DNA of 64,000 nt from a virus. Shown here in pieces: positions 9,037 through 18,285 of this stretch (position 1 is its first letter; the number at the start of each line of letters is the position of its first letter). Below the pieces are notes generated by a model. That model was not told where the DNA came from, searched no databases, and worked only from the letters and a program-made list of their open reading frames with translations. The stretch is from positions 1 through 64,000 of the IMG/VR virus record IMGVR_UViG_3300035666_000007. One strand, written 5' to 3'. Position numbers and translations under genes: made by a program.

Positions 9037-9843
9037 CTAAAGGGCCAAATCGACCAGTTGTTGCTGGCGAGTCGCCTGAATCGACCCGATGGGGCGAGGG
9101 AAGGCGACCTCCATCAGCTCACAGTATGCCGCAAAGCGCTTCACAAAATCAAGTGCCGCACCCCTGAGCTGCTCAGCATCGAGAATGTGCAGCTGAGGCT
9201 CGCGCCAATCGTAACATACGCAGATCACACCTTGCTTGATCAAAGCAGGGGCTTGTCCGTTTTTATGCAAAATGTTATTCGCAAGAGCGTATGCTCCAAT
9301 CTGAAGAAAAGCTTCATCGTACTTTGACTTCGGCTTGGTTTTCTTTCCTCTTTTTTCGTCGTCGTACTCCTTGTAAGATCTGACGGTTTTCCAGTCCCAA
9401 ATAGTGTACTTACCTTCCCAAAGGAATCTTCCATCGGCTGTTCCCGCGTAACCATGAGGGCAAAACAAGACGCCCTCCAGGGAGAAGTCTTTTCTTATAT
9501 TGCCATTGTCATAATTTTCGTTTTTAATCAGCTCTAGCAGGGGCGCCAAGTGAGTGATGTATTCATGAATATTGTGTTGCAGAATTTCTTCATACGAAGC
9601 CTCGTCCTCGTGCCCCTGCGTTGTCGTATTTAGCAGCGTTGTCTCAACTTCTGCGTGAATAATCTTTCCACGCCTTTGGGCCCTTGCAACAATATCCTCC
9701 CAGTCTGGTTCGTTTCTTCGCCAAAACTCCAATCCTTTAATTTTTCCAGGATTGAATAGTTCATTTGTCGCGCCAAGAACGGAGCTTACGGAAACGTACT
9801 CGTGATCATCCTTGACGTAAAATCCTGAGGTTGGGTGAGCCAT
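9037..9843 (-). CDS. PD-(D/E)xK exonuclease (phage recombination nuclease)
   Basis: 'YVSVSSVL', 'RGKIIH', 'GYAGTADG...IWDWKT', 'QIGAYALA'. Confidence 0.88.
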   Translation of the reverse strand: MAHPTSGFYVKDDHEYVSVSSVLGATNELFNPGKIKGLEFWRRNEPDWEDIVARAQRRGKIIHAEVETTLLNTTTQGHEDEASYEEILQHNIHEYITHLAPLLELIKNENYDNGNIRKDFSLEGVLFCPHGYAGTADGRFLWEGKYTIWDWKTVRSYKEYDDEKRGKKTKPKSKYDEAFLQIGAYALANNILHKNGQAPALIKQGVICVCYDWREPQLHILDAEQLRGAALDFVKRFAAYCELMEVAFPRPIGSIQATRQQQLVDLAL

Positions 9844-10179
9844 CTATTGAATCGCGGAATCGCTCATGGGCTCAGTCTTCTTGGCTCGAATAAATTGCCT
9901 CTCTGCTGTTTCAATCCGAATCAACGTTACCTCCGCTCGTCGAATGTCATTCTCTATTTCCAGGATACGATCCAATGCACGATGCCGTATGTCCAAGTTT
10001 TGCTCGATCTGCAAGTCAAGTTTTCGGTGCTCCAGAAACCAGGCCAATAGTTGCTTAGGGGAAGGGCCCTCGATGATTTGAAGTTGAGCACTAATCAGAT
10101 GGCAGAGCAGGCGGGCGCCTTTCTTCGCGTCCTCATTGCGCTCGCGACTCAGGTACGGCTCCGGTTCGTAGCAGGGCAT
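9844..10179 (-). CDS. Hypothetical protein (MPC...LLC...W..H type)
   Basis: ORF in operon; loose resemblance to 22290..22695. Confidence 0.55.
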   Translation of the reverse strand: MPCYEPEPYLSRERNEDAKKGARLLCHLISAQLQIIEGPSPKQLLAWFLEHRKLDLQIEQNLDIRHRALDRILEIENDIRRAEVTLIRIETAERQFIRAKKTEPMSDSAIQ

Positions 10180-10224
10180 TTGACTGTTGGAATGATGTTC
10201 TTGGTTGAGACAGGCTTTGAATTT

Positions 10225-10464
10225 CTAAATTATTTCAACAACCTCTACTTGGTTTTGCACACCATAAAAAACATTACCTTTTACGATTTTCTCGTGCATC
10301 TCAAATTCACACAACTCCACGCTTTTCCCTTCTACTTTTACCAAAAAATTAGCAGGCTCAAACGCCTTTTCTTTCGCCTCCTCTTCGGAAGTGGCTTCAA
10401 TCTGAACACAGAAAGTCATTGTGCAAGGAACAGTAACGCTATAAAGTGACATAGCACAAAACAA
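10225..10464 (-). CDS. Hypothetical protein
   Basis: 'VQIEATSEEEAKEKA' motif common in small phage proteins. Confidence 0.6.
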   Translation of the reverse strand: MFCAMSLYSVTVPCTMTFCVQIEATSEEEAKEKAFEPANFLVKVEGKSVELCEFEMHEKIVKGNVFYGVQNQVEVVEII

Positions 10465-10476
10465 ACAAAGGATGTA

Positions 10477-10500
10477 AAAATGGGGCCTTAACGGCCCCGT
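10477..10500 (-). terminator. Intrinsic terminator after erf
   Basis: GGGGCC-GTTAA-GGCCCC-ATTTTT. Confidence 0.65.
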
Positions 10501-10505
10501 ATTAG

Positions 10506-11276
10506 CTATTCGTCGTCGCCAAACAGTGAAGCAGCAGAGCGCTCAAGGTCCTCGATGCTTCCCGCGCCTGCTTCAGCGAGAGTGACAGGCGCAGAAATGA
10601 TCACCTGATTTTTGCTATTCTTGCCTGCATTGAACTTTTTGACAAGCTCGGGGGTGATGGCATCATAGATCTGCTTTGCTTTTCCATCCTCGATCGACTC
10701 GATTGATTCAGCCTTGCAGATCGTGAGAATGGTCTTGACGCCAAATGGCGTGATCCCCATGTCGTGCGCCTTGATCTCCAGGAGGCGCTGCACCGACTCT
10801 TCGACGGCCGGGGCTACCGAGTCACCAGGCCTGAATGACCGCCGCCCCTGGGACACCTTCTCTGGCCCAGCGGGAGCCTTCGCGGAGTCTTTCGGAGCCC
10901 CCAGTGTCGCATCCAGCTCGTCGTGCTCAACGATCTCCATTGCCGTCACCCATAGATAACGCCGAAGATAGGTTTGCACTGCGCCCAGATTCTGAATGTC
11001 GTGAGCACCTCTAAGTGCTGCGCTCGACATCGGAGTTTTAATTGCAATAGAGCTTTCAGGCTTTTCGGTATCAGTAATTACAAGAGCAGCCTCTTCTGAG
11101 CCGTACGAAACTACGCCGCAAAGACCAATTTGTGCAAAAATCTCCTGAACAACAGGAAGGAAGTCGCCAAGCTCGAAATAATTGTAACCAGCAAATTTGT
11201 TTCTTCCTGACTTTTTAAGCTCTCGACGCTGAAGCTCTGTGCGGGCGGCATTGAGCTTGGTGTAGACGTTTGACAT
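10506..11276 (-). CDS. erf: ERF-family ssDNA annealing recombinase
   Basis: 'KKSGRNKFAGYNYFELGDFL...QNLGAVQTYLRRYLW...EHDELD'. Confidence 0.92.
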   Translation of the reverse strand: MSNVYTKLNAARTELQRRELKKSGRNKFAGYNYFELGDFLPVVQEIFAQIGLCGVVSYGSEEAALVITDTEKPESSIAIKTPMSSAALRGAHDIQNLGAVQTYLRRYLWVTAMEIVEHDELDATLGAPKDSAKAPAGPEKVSQGRRSFRPGDSVAPAVEESVQRLLEIKAHDMGITPFGVKTILTICKAESIESIEDGKAKQIYDAITPELVKKFNAGKNSKNQVIISAPVTLAEAGAGSIEDLERSAASLFGDDE

Positions 11277-11328
11277 TGGTTTTACCGTTACCCAGCGAGT
11301 GTAGCGATTTTGCTCCTGGGCCGTTGGT

Positions 11329-11357
11329 ACAATACAGTATCCAAAACAATTTGTCAA
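11329..11357 (-). promoter_or_regulatory. Sigma70 promoter for the recombination genes
   Basis: TTGACA-N17-TATTGT. Confidence 0.75.
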
Positions 11358-11370
11358 GAGCCCCCAGCAA

Positions 11371-11652
11371 ATGGCAGCCAAAGGAGGTGCAAATCTCAAT
11401 CGAATCCTAAAAATAACCGCTCACTTGCTTTTCGAGAAAGGGCAAAGCGTGTCAGATGTTTTTGGGCTGATGCAGGGATTTGTTGATCGTGCAATGCTGG
11501 AACGATGGTTTCGTGCATACTGCGCCTTGCACGGCAATGTGAGCGACGCCGGGGAGGGTCGCCACCGTTTGCCGATGCCGCCAATCGACTGGGACGCTGT
11601 GACGGTGGACCAACTCAACGCTCGAACGCAGTCCGCCCAGGACTGGTTCTGA
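11371..11652 (+). CDS. Hypothetical protein, possible HTH-like regulator
   Basis: Divergent from erf promoter; helical ORF. Confidence 0.45.
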   Translation: MAAKGGANLNRILKITAHLLFEKGQSVSDVFGLMQGFVDRAMLERWFRAYCALHGNVSDAGEGRHRLPMPPIDWDAVTVDQLNARTQSAQDWF

Positions 11653-11938
11653 GTGCTGCCCCGCGTGGCTACGGTGCCTTAGCACCCCTCAGAGAGCGCC
11701 AGCCATGGCAGTCACGCTTGCCGCCAAACAGGAAGTTGAGCGGAACGGCGAAAGCGCGGGAGGCGCTGGATCGGAAAACATTCCACCCATGATCAAAAAT
11801 TTACTGCAAGATTTAAGCAATATTCGGACGGCGATCTTACTCAAGTCACCGCAATCGCTTCCCTTGATCGCCCCTTCGTTAATCGAGGCAGAAGTTCACG
11901 TTCGCCAGCTGTGGCAATCTCAAATTTGAGGCACTGAA

Positions 11939-12202
11939 ATGGCCGTCAAAAGAAAATCTGCCAGGTATTACGCAGAAAACCCAGAGGCGGCCAAGAAGAA
12001 AGCTGCGTATCAACGAAAGTACAACAAAAAACCTTCTGTCAAAAAAGCATCGCAAGAGCGATGGAAGGAACGAAGAAGGCGCGGAATCGACGGGAAAGGT
12101 GGAAAAGACTTAAGTCACACCAGTGATGGTCGCATGGTGCTTGAAGATCCCAGCACAAATCGAGCAAGAAACGGAGCAGGCGGAAAAAAGGTAAAAAAAT
12201 AA
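11939..12202 (+). CDS. Small basic protein, degenerate HNH-like
   Basis: Very basic; 'GKDLSHTSDG...STNRARNG'. Confidence 0.6.
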   Translation: MAVKRKSARYYAENPEAAKKKAAYQRKYNKKPSVKKASQERWKERRRRGIDGKGGKDLSHTSDGRMVLEDPSTNRARNGAGGKKVKK

Positions 12203-12217
12203 CCTGGCGCCCAAGCC

Positions 12218-12685
12218 TCAAGTCGCTTTGTTGTATTTATCTATTGGCGTTGAGATAACCTGAAATTTGCCAGCCATTACCTTTCTGTAGCCATAAAGAA
12301 AAAGCCTGAAAGAGCCGTAGTTCAATTTATTGCGCTCTGCCCAGGACTTCCGCTGGTTAATTAGTACGATTTCTCGCTCGCCCGTCTCTATGTTCTTAAT
12401 TGTCCAGGAGGGGGCCTGTAGTCGATCTGGGCGATCTTTTGCAGTTTTTTTGACCCACCAAATAAAACTGCCACCCTTGCCGTAAGTCGTCATCTCTATT
12501 AGCTTCTTTTTCTGCAGTCGCCTCAAAGTTTGCGAAGTCGAATGAGGCTCAAGCCCAAGCTGCCTGGCAAGCTCTGGCTGACTCGGCCACCAATTGGGAA
12601 CAACTTGCTCAAGCTGAACAAGCAAAAGAACGTCTTGAGCGTTGTTTTTGGTTCTAAGAAAAGCGAGATATTCGGGATCAATCAC
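12218..12685 (-). CDS. Winged-HTH DNA-binding protein
   Basis: 'PSQPELARQLGLEPHSTSQTLRRLQKKKLI'. Confidence 0.7.
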   Translation of the reverse strand: MIDPEYLAFLRTKNNAQDVLLLVQLEQVVPNWWPSQPELARQLGLEPHSTSQTLRRLQKKKLIEMTTYGKGGSFIWWVKKTAKDRPDRLQAPSWTIKNIETGEREIVLINQRKSWAERNKLNYGSFRLFLYGYRKVMAGKFQVISTPIDKYNKAT

Positions 12686-12999
12686 CCTTCGCCATCCTCC
12701 TCGCCATCCTCCTCGCCATCCCCCTCGCCATCCCCCTCGCCATCCTTGTCAAGTTCACTGGAGTAGAACAATTCAATCTTCCCCATGACAATCCCGCCGC
12801 CCTCCAGGGCTGCTACCTCTTTTGCAGCGCTCTTGAGCTGGTCTTCTGTCGGGAAAAACCTACAATCTGCAGTAATCACCTCCCCTGCTTCGATATGAAG
12901 AGACAGGGCGTTGACGCTTATCCCTTCGAGTCCGAGGCTGTTTGCGATTCGAGATGCAAGCTCGCTGTCTCCGGTTAGAAACGCTTTTCCCTCTGACAT
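12682..12999 (-). CDS. Hypothetical protein with acidic repeat tail; paralogue of 14827..15084
   Basis: 'TGDSELASRIANSLGLEG' vs 'TGSSEIATRIANALGFEG'. Confidence 0.65.
   Translation of the reverse strand: MSEGKAFLTGDSELASRIANSLGLEGISVNALSLHIEAGEVITADCRFFPTEDQLKSAAKEVAALEGGGIVMGKIELFYSSELDKDGEGDGEGDGEEDGEEDGEG
12684..12745. repeat. 12-bp coding tandem repeat (~5 copies; DGEG/DGEE)
   Basis: CCTCGCCATCC(C/T) units. Confidence 0.9.
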
Positions 13000-13148
13000 G
13001 ATCCTGGAAGCAGGTAAAACCACTTTAGCATTGACCAGACATCGGAACGCAACGATAGATCATCGCAGGGCCCGTGCGACGACTGTATTCGGCCTCGCAC
13101 TTGGCTTTGACTTTCTCAAGATCAGGCCAAACTGGAAGCCATCGAAAG

Positions 13149-13679
13149 TCACCATTCTTCGTAGGGCTCGCGCTCTTCTGACCGCATCAACCTCGCTGGC
13201 GCCGGCTGGTGGTGAGGGTGCCCCGCAGGCAAAGAATTGGCAGAGGCCAGATACGACCACGGAGCTTGAATCATCTCCATCTCGTCGGCGGTGAATTCCG
13301 GCTCGGGCTGAATGGTGGGGCGGGTCCACAGAGGGACAGGTTCTTTATTCCCCGATTTGAAGCGGGCCAACTTTTCGTCAAGCGTTACTTCCCAGTTCTC
13401 GCGCCAATTTTCTCCGTCAAAGTCTGCCTCGCCCCGGTACATCCATGCCTTCACCTCCTCCGGCTCGGGCTGGGATTCAGCTGCAGCGTGTGAGCAGCCA
13501 GCAAGGAACGCCTCGCGTATTGCCCAGCCATGCCAGGCGGGAATGCCAGGAGCGGCTTGAATGTCGGCTGTGTGCGATACCCAATCGACGTAGGCGTAGG
13601 AGGCCCTCACCTCTGGATGGAGGTCGTTGTCCATGATCCTTGCTGTGTGCTCGGGGGTGATGTCCATGCTGGCAATCAT
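13149..13679 (-). CDS. Mosaic hypothetical protein with two QPEPE linkers
   Basis: 'SQPEPEEV', 'RPTIQPEPEFT'. Confidence 0.65.
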   Translation of the reverse strand: MIASMDITPEHTARIMDNDLHPEVRASYAYVDWVSHTADIQAAPGIPAWHGWAIREAFLAGCSHAAAESQPEPEEVKAWMYRGEADFDGENWRENWEVTLDEKLARFKSGNKEPVPLWTRPTIQPEPEFTADEMEMIQAPWSYLASANSLPAGHPHHQPAPARLMRSEEREPYEEW

Positions 13680-13876
13680 GAGGGTGGGATTAGTGGTGGT
13701 CGCTAGAGGATCCGGGATCGGCTTCGGTTTCGGGCCTGCCGATCATTGCGGCAAATAGCTCCATAGCCTCGAAGTCGTCAACTGATGAGTTACCCATGAT
13801 TTAGCGGGGCAATTGAACAATCGCGGAATGTTGCAAGGCCGGCAGCACGACAGGCGCCCGCCGCAATATTAAGAGC

Positions 13877-14314
13877 ATGGCAGGCGGCGGCAAGAACCAG
13901 CAAGGCGGCGGAGGCAGCGGTATCGACCTTTTGATGCGCTTGCGTGGCTGGAGCTTCAGGGAAGCAATTCAAAGGATTGAGGGCTACTACTACAGCCTAC
14001 CATTCCAGCCCACCGTAAAGCAAGCGACGCCTCTCCCAAAGCCATCGACCTCTAACTACAAGCACTCAGAGCTTGAGCGCTTCTTGCTGCTGGAACTTGC
14101 TTGCCAGCTTATTGGTGATGAATCATTTTCACCGGCACAGGCAAGGCAGCGGACTTACTCCAAGCGCTGGGCGGTCTACGCATCGACTAACCACGACCTG
14201 GCCTGCTCAGTTGCCTTGCAATTTGAGACAGAGCGTGGTATCGTGGATGAGTTGGGAATGTGTCCAGACGGCTCCATTCCGACAATGCCGAAGATTTTCG
14301 CTCTCAACCCATGA
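13877..14314 (+). CDS. Protein starting with the C-terminal half of a primase Zn-ribbon domain
   Basis: 'GGKNQQGGGGSGIDLLMRLRGWSFREAIQRIE'; the CxxC pairs normally preceding this are absent. Confidence 0.55.
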   Translation: MAGGGKNQQGGGGSGIDLLMRLRGWSFREAIQRIEGYYYSLPFQPTVKQATPLPKPSTSNYKHSELERFLLLELACQLIGDESFSPAQARQRTYSKRWAVYASTNHDLACSVALQFETERGIVDELGMCPDGSIPTMPKIFALNP

Positions 14315-14781
14315 AACGCATGAAACGCGACCCGCACCTACCATCGCCCGAAGTTTGCGACTGGCTACTAAGCCAAGAGTGGTCAACCCCCGAAACCTTA
14401 CGTTTTGAAGGCAAGCACTCTAAGGGCTATATAAATGACTGCTGCGAGGCGTCAGCCGCTATTGGCCGTAACGAGATAATAAACCTGTATCTGCCGGCAT
14501 TTGGCTTGCGAGTCCTTCGCGATGATGCGGCAGCCCGCAAGGCTGGCGAATATGAAATAGGGGCGAACTTTGCCGAGCGAGCCGACTTGGAAGGCAAAAA
14601 AAAGCCTAAGGCCGGCAAAGTTGACGAGGACCAGCAATTAGTAATAGACATCAATGGGGTGATCGAGTCCGCCAACGTTTCCGCTACAGCAGCCGTGGGG
14701 GCTTGTACGATGGTTGCCATCGCGCTTACTAGCCAAATTTACGACCTTGCAATGCAAGAAAGCAAAGCACAGGTTCCCTAA
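14311..14781 (+). CDS. Hypothetical protein
   Basis: ATGA overlap with upstream stop. Confidence 0.55.
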   Translation: MKRMKRDPHLPSPEVCDWLLSQEWSTPETLRFEGKHSKGYINDCCEASAAIGRNEIINLYLPAFGLRVLRDDAAARKAGEYEIGANFAERADLEGKKKPKAGKVDEDQQLVIDINGVIESANVSATAAVGACTMVAIALTSQIYDLAMQESKAQVP

Positions 14782-14826
14782 GGCTTAGCTAGCGCAATTC
14801 TTGTTTTTCATCTTTACCATTCCAAA

Positions 14827-15084
14827 ATGTCTAGCAAAAAACTTGTTACAGGCTCGTCGGAAATCGCTACACGCATCGCAAATGCGCTAGGCTTTGAGGG
14901 GCTTTTTGTCAAGTCAGTCAACATAAAAATTGCCGCCGACGAAGTAATTAGTGTTGTCGCTGTAATCTATCCGACCAAAGAGCAATGCGAAGCGCTTGGC
15001 GGAGAAATTGAAAAGTTCAAGCAATTTGGCGCTGTTCACGGCGTTGTTGAATTTACTTACACCGAGGAAAACGATGGCGAGTGA
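14827..15084 (+). CDS. Hypothetical protein; paralogue of 12682..12999
   Basis: Shared N-terminal motif and 'PTxxQ'. Confidence 0.65.
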   Translation: MSSKKLVTGSSEIATRIANALGFEGLFVKSVNIKIAADEVISVVAVIYPTKEQCEALGGEIEKFKQFGAVHGVVEFTYTEENDGE

Positions 15085-15132
15085 GACGGTCCTTACCCTG
15101 GCGCTGGCCGTTCTAATTATTGAGCACAAATT

Positions 15133-15498
15133 ACGAAAGCAACTTACCTTGACCTAAAGACTGGCAAAACAGCTCAGGAAGAAGGACTCACAAAATGGGA
15201 CATTACGGAGGGGAACTGGTCATGCGACTGCAACAGATCTCTTGCTTTTGGCTTAATACGAAGTGATCATCGCAAAGACTTTTGCGTTTCCCAGCGCTTT
15301 ATTGTTATTGCAGTCGAGACTGAGCCTGGTGACTGCTTGCTGATTGACAAATGCCGAACAATTGCCGACGCGAACAGGGAATACCTGGGTTCAATTGTTG
15401 AAGCAACCAATTGCGGACGGGAAGCCGCTTACAACGAGGATCACCAAGGCGCGTATATCGTAAAAACTCTAAATAAAGCATTCGGAGAACCTGAATGA
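15133..15498 (+). CDS. Hypothetical protein ('EGNWSCDCNR' motif) lacking a canonical start; missing from ORF track
   Basis: 121 open codons ACG-AAA-GCA-ACT-TAC..., stop overlaps next ATG (ATGA). Confidence 0.6.
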   Translation, partial: TKATYLDLKTGKTAQEEGLTKWDITEGNWSCDCNRSLAFGLIRSDHRKDFCVSQRFIVIAVETEPGDCLLIDKCRTIADANREYLGSIVEATNCGREAAYNEDHQGAYIVKTLNKAFGEPE

Positions 15499-15713
15499 GA
15501 CTCTTTGATCCCGAAGCCCTTCTTGGGTTTGGAATGATACTTGCCTTAGTGCTGGCTGTCCTGGCTATTACCGCGCCAGAGCCAGAAGGCTGCAAACGAA
15601 CTGGAGCCACTCGCTCAACTGCCTCAGTTATAGCTATCGGGCCAGTGATTATACCATATACTTCCCAGGAGCCGGTGTATAAGTGCTTAAGAAAAAAGAA
15701 CAGCAATGATTGA
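15495..15713 (+). CDS. Small membrane-anchored protein
   Basis: N-terminal TM helix and two cysteines. Confidence 0.55.
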   Translation: MRLFDPEALLGFGMILALVLAVLAITAPEPEGCKRTGATRSTASVIAIGPVIIPYTSQEPVYKCLRKKNSND

Positions 15714-16128
15714 GCCTGACTTCCTTGCCTATCTTCGCCAGCACCACAGAATCGTTCCAGCCTTGCTCTCGATCATCGGGGCTTGATCCTTCCCAATGCT
15801 CTAGACGGAGCTTGCCTAGATCTGCAGCAGCTTTGAAGGCGGCGGCGAGTTTGACTTTGGGCGTCGAAAACCCAATGTCGTGGGCCTCCAGGACTTCCTC
15901 AGCGGTCAGTGAAAGTTCCATTGGCATCCAATGCGTCGGCGGATAGGCCCTGTCGTCGGTCTTGCTGGGACTAAGTAACCAAGAAGCCCAGTATGGGCGT
16001 GGCTTCGGCGCAAATCTGCAGTCGTCGTACCTGCCAGGGGCAATAGCGTACGAGTGAAGGCGATGGCCAGGCCGATACAGCAGGATGATTTTATCCTTCG
16101 GCGCTGTTTCAATCGGTTGCCAGTTCAT
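15649..16128 (-). CDS. DUF551-like protein
   Basis: 'WQPIETAPKD...PTHWMP'. Confidence 0.7.
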   Translation of the reverse strand: MNWQPIETAPKDKIILLYRPGHRLHSYAIAPGRYDDCRFAPKPRPYWASWLLSPSKTDDRAYPPTHWMPMELSLTAEEVLEAHDIGFSTPKVKLAAAFKAAADLGKLRLEHWEGSSPDDREQGWNDSVVLAKIGKEVRLNHCCSFFLSTYTPAPGKYMV

Positions 16129-16143
16129 TAGTGTGTTCCTCTA
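16126..16143 (-). repeat. Gene-junction motif A, copy 1 (TAGAGGAACACACTAATG); other copies at 17436, 18059, 18283, 20294, 36731
   Basis: Six near-identical copies, each between two minus-strand genes. Confidence 0.9.
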
Positions 16144-16350
16144 ATCAAGTGGAGTCAGGGATTGAATCACCAGTTGGCTAGCAATGGCGGGGCTGCCATC
16201 GTTATCTGCAATCTTTTGGCAAAGCTCAATAAGGAAGTTCCGAGACGAATAAGATGTCTCCATTTCAAAGATTCCACTGAAATAGCGCAGCTCGCCAGGG
16301 GCTTTCTGCATGAAAGCACAGTAGAAGTAAGAGCGCTTGGGATTGAACAT
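16141..16350 (-). CDS. Hypothetical protein; near-duplicate of 20309..20518
   Basis: MFNPKR.YFYCAFMQKAPGELRY.SG...IASQLVIQSLTPLD in both. Confidence 0.8.
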   Translation of the reverse strand: MFNPKRSYFYCAFMQKAPGELRYFSGIFEMETSYSSRNFLIELCQKIADNDGSPAIASQLVIQSLTPLD

Positions 16351-16357
16351 GAGTTGA

Positions 16358-16630
16358 TTAGCCTCCTTTGTTAACGGGAGATTGCAACGCTCGCCACTCT
16401 GCCCATGACGGATCGGCATCTTCGTCAGGCCAAAGGTCGCAACCATGACAGTCGTCCTTGTCGCCTGCGCAAAGGCAACGAGTTTCCGCTTCCTGCGGGG
16501 TCATGGCGCCGCATTCCTGACACGGCGGGAACTGGCGCAGGTAATACCAAATTTCGTCAGCCAGGGGATGATCGCCAGGCAGTGAAACGGCTAGTCGCTG
16601 GATCAGGTTGAGGGCGGCAGGATCACTCAT
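16358..16630 (-). CDS. Cys-rich hypothetical protein
   Basis: CxxC...CxC...CxxC. Confidence 0.55.
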   Translation of the reverse strand: MSDPAALNLIQRLAVSLPGDHPLADEIWYYLRQFPPCQECGAMTPQEAETRCLCAGDKDDCHGCDLWPDEDADPSWAEWRALQSPVNKGG

Positions 16631-16898
16631 GGATAGTCGATGGGTTGTAGGTCTTCTCGAAGATGTCGGGCTTGCACGGGTAGAACTCACCTTTTACGTC
16701 TTTGATGATCCAGTCGCCAGGGCTGGCGCGGTGGTCTCCTTCCAGTGTTGGGATAATCAAAGAGTTGTCCGCTGCGTAAATGGGTTTGCGATCCGAACCA
16801 CACTCAGACATCCAGAATGAAATGCGATCAACAGAGAAGGGCGATCCTTCAAACTGACGGGCTTCGATCCTGACGGGCTTCTTGGTAAAAAAAGGCAT
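16623..16898 (-). CDS. Conserved phage protein (PGDYG-like)
   Basis: 'KKPVRIEARQF...TLEGDHRASPGDWII...GEFYPCKPDIFEKTY'. Confidence 0.8.
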   Translation of the reverse strand: MPFFTKKPVRIEARQFEGSPFSVDRISFWMSECGSDRKPIYAADNSLIIPTLEGDHRASPGDWIIKDVKGEFYPCKPDIFEKTYNPSTIHE

Positions 16899-16901
16899 TG
16901 T

Positions 16902-17438
16902 TTAGATCTCCTCACTAGCGGGGGTATAAGCTGAAAGCATGGCCACCAGTTGCCTGGCTGACTGCCTGGCATCCATTAGGGGGTGATGAGCTGGCAGCTC
17001 GTCGGACAGTCGCTCTGTGGTAGCCAGCGGGTCAGTCCCCAGCGCCAACGCAACGCTGGCGAGATCGTGCAGCGGATACGGCCCTTGCCATTCGCGCTCG
17101 TGAGGGTTCATCCGAATGCAGGCACTGAGGAATCCGGTCTCTACGGGCCATGCACAGTCAGCCACCAGAACGGCTCCCTGATCGGCCCAGTGCCGCCACA
17201 CATGCCAGAAGGCGTTGCGGACGTGCTGTGGAGTAGGGCTGGTCCGGGCCAGCTCTGGCACGTTTGCAGCAACCCAGGCGCGGCTGTCCTCGGATCCCTT
17301 GCAGAGTGCCGGGTCGCAGGACAGCAGCCCTTCGTCAAGCCGTTCACCTTGGCGACTCACGACAACCCAGGCGGCTGCAAATCCTTCACCGTGGAGGCCA
17401 ATGCTCTCCACATCGAAAACCATGAACAGTTCAGTCAT
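16902..17438 (-). CDS. DEDDh 3'-5' exonuclease
   Basis: 'FDVES...' and 'HHPLMDARQS' catalytic motifs. Confidence 0.8.
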   Translation of the reverse strand: MTELFMVFDVESIGLHGEGFAAAWVVVSRQGERLDEGLLSCDPALCKGSEDSRAWVAANVPELARTSPTPQHVRNAFWHVWRHWADQGAVLVADCAWPVETGFLSACIRMNPHEREWQGPYPLHDLASVALALGTDPLATTERLSDELPAHHPLMDARQSARQLVAMLSAYTPASEEI

Positions 17439-17450
17439 TAGCGTGTTCCT

Positions 17451-17735
17451 CTAGAACAGGGTACATTGGTCTGGGTTTGGTGGAGAGATCGCGCCACGAC
17501 GCGCAATGCAGGCGTTGCCGGATGGATTCAGTTGTCTGCGAATCTCATCCCGCCAGATGCGGTAGGGGTGATAACGACGCTCCCCAAATGGGTACGCCTC
17601 AAGCAGTGCTCGACGCAGTGCTTTGGGGTCATCGGTGCCGACGCGGGCAATCACCTTGGCGATAATTGGTGCGGCGATCTTGCGCCAATAACTGGTGGAA
17701 TAGACGACGGCCATGGCCTTAGCCTTGCTCGCCAT
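17451..17735 (-). CDS. Hypothetical protein
   Basis: 'AYPFGERRYHPYRIWRDE' motif; stop lies in junction motif A. Confidence 0.65.
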   Translation of the reverse strand: MASKAKAMAVVYSTSYWRKIAAPIIAKVIARVGTDDPKALRRALLEAYPFGERRYHPYRIWRDEIRRQLNPSGNACIARRGAISPPNPDQCTLF

Positions 17736-18054
17736 CAGGTGTGCATCTACCAGCCCAAGCCCTGCGGGTATCGGCGTGAATACCTTCAACGTCGATCGAA
17801 TCGCAATCCGAAAAAGCGTGCATCAGTGCAGCATCTAGCAAGACGCCGGCCTTGTGCGGCGGCAATCGCAGATCGCAGATCACGCACTCCCACCAGCCTT
17901 GGTCCCATTGCGTGCAGACCTGGGCCCCTGCTCGCTGAAGTGGTTGGTTCCAAAGCATCAGTGCAGGATCGTCGTGGCATGGCTCGCGTTCTGAAGCGCG
18001 GGCTCGCATAGTTTCTTCGTGCAAACAGCATGGGCAGGCGATTGGTTGGGCCAT
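17719..18054 (-). CDS. Hypothetical protein with CxxC motifs
   Basis: Start preceded by junction motif A. Confidence 0.55.
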   Translation of the reverse strand: MAQPIACPCCLHEETMRARASEREPCHDDPALMLWNQPLQRAGAQVCTQWDQGWWECVICDLRLPPHKAGVLLDAALMHAFSDCDSIDVEGIHADTRRAWAGRCTPDGEQG

Positions 18055-18084
18055 GGTGATTAGTGTGTTCCTCTAGTAGGTCGG

Positions 18085-18285
18085 TTAAAGAAGTAAATCG
18101 TCAAGGTCTTTAATAAATTGCTGGACTTTTTTGTCAATAGGGGCAAATCCTTCGTCTACTTTTGTTCCGTCTGGGTAGTAGCTTGGCCAATATGTGTGGA
18201 GAATGCCGCGAAGCTCTCCCTTTGCTCGCTCCCAAGCCATCATCCGAATTGACGTGGCCAGGTTACGGTTTGAAACGTCGCCCAT
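18085..18285 (-). CDS. Hypothetical protein
   Basis: 'MAWERAKGELR'; flanked by junction motif A on both sides. Confidence 0.7.
   Translation of the reverse strand: MGDVSNRNLATSIRMMAWERAKGELRGILHTYWPSYYPDGTKVDEGFAPIDKKVQQFIKDLDDLLL

Noticed and set aside
9037-9843. Cas4 of a CRISPR system
   Set aside because: No Fe-S cysteine set or cas context; it sits with erf and ssb as a recombination exonuclease
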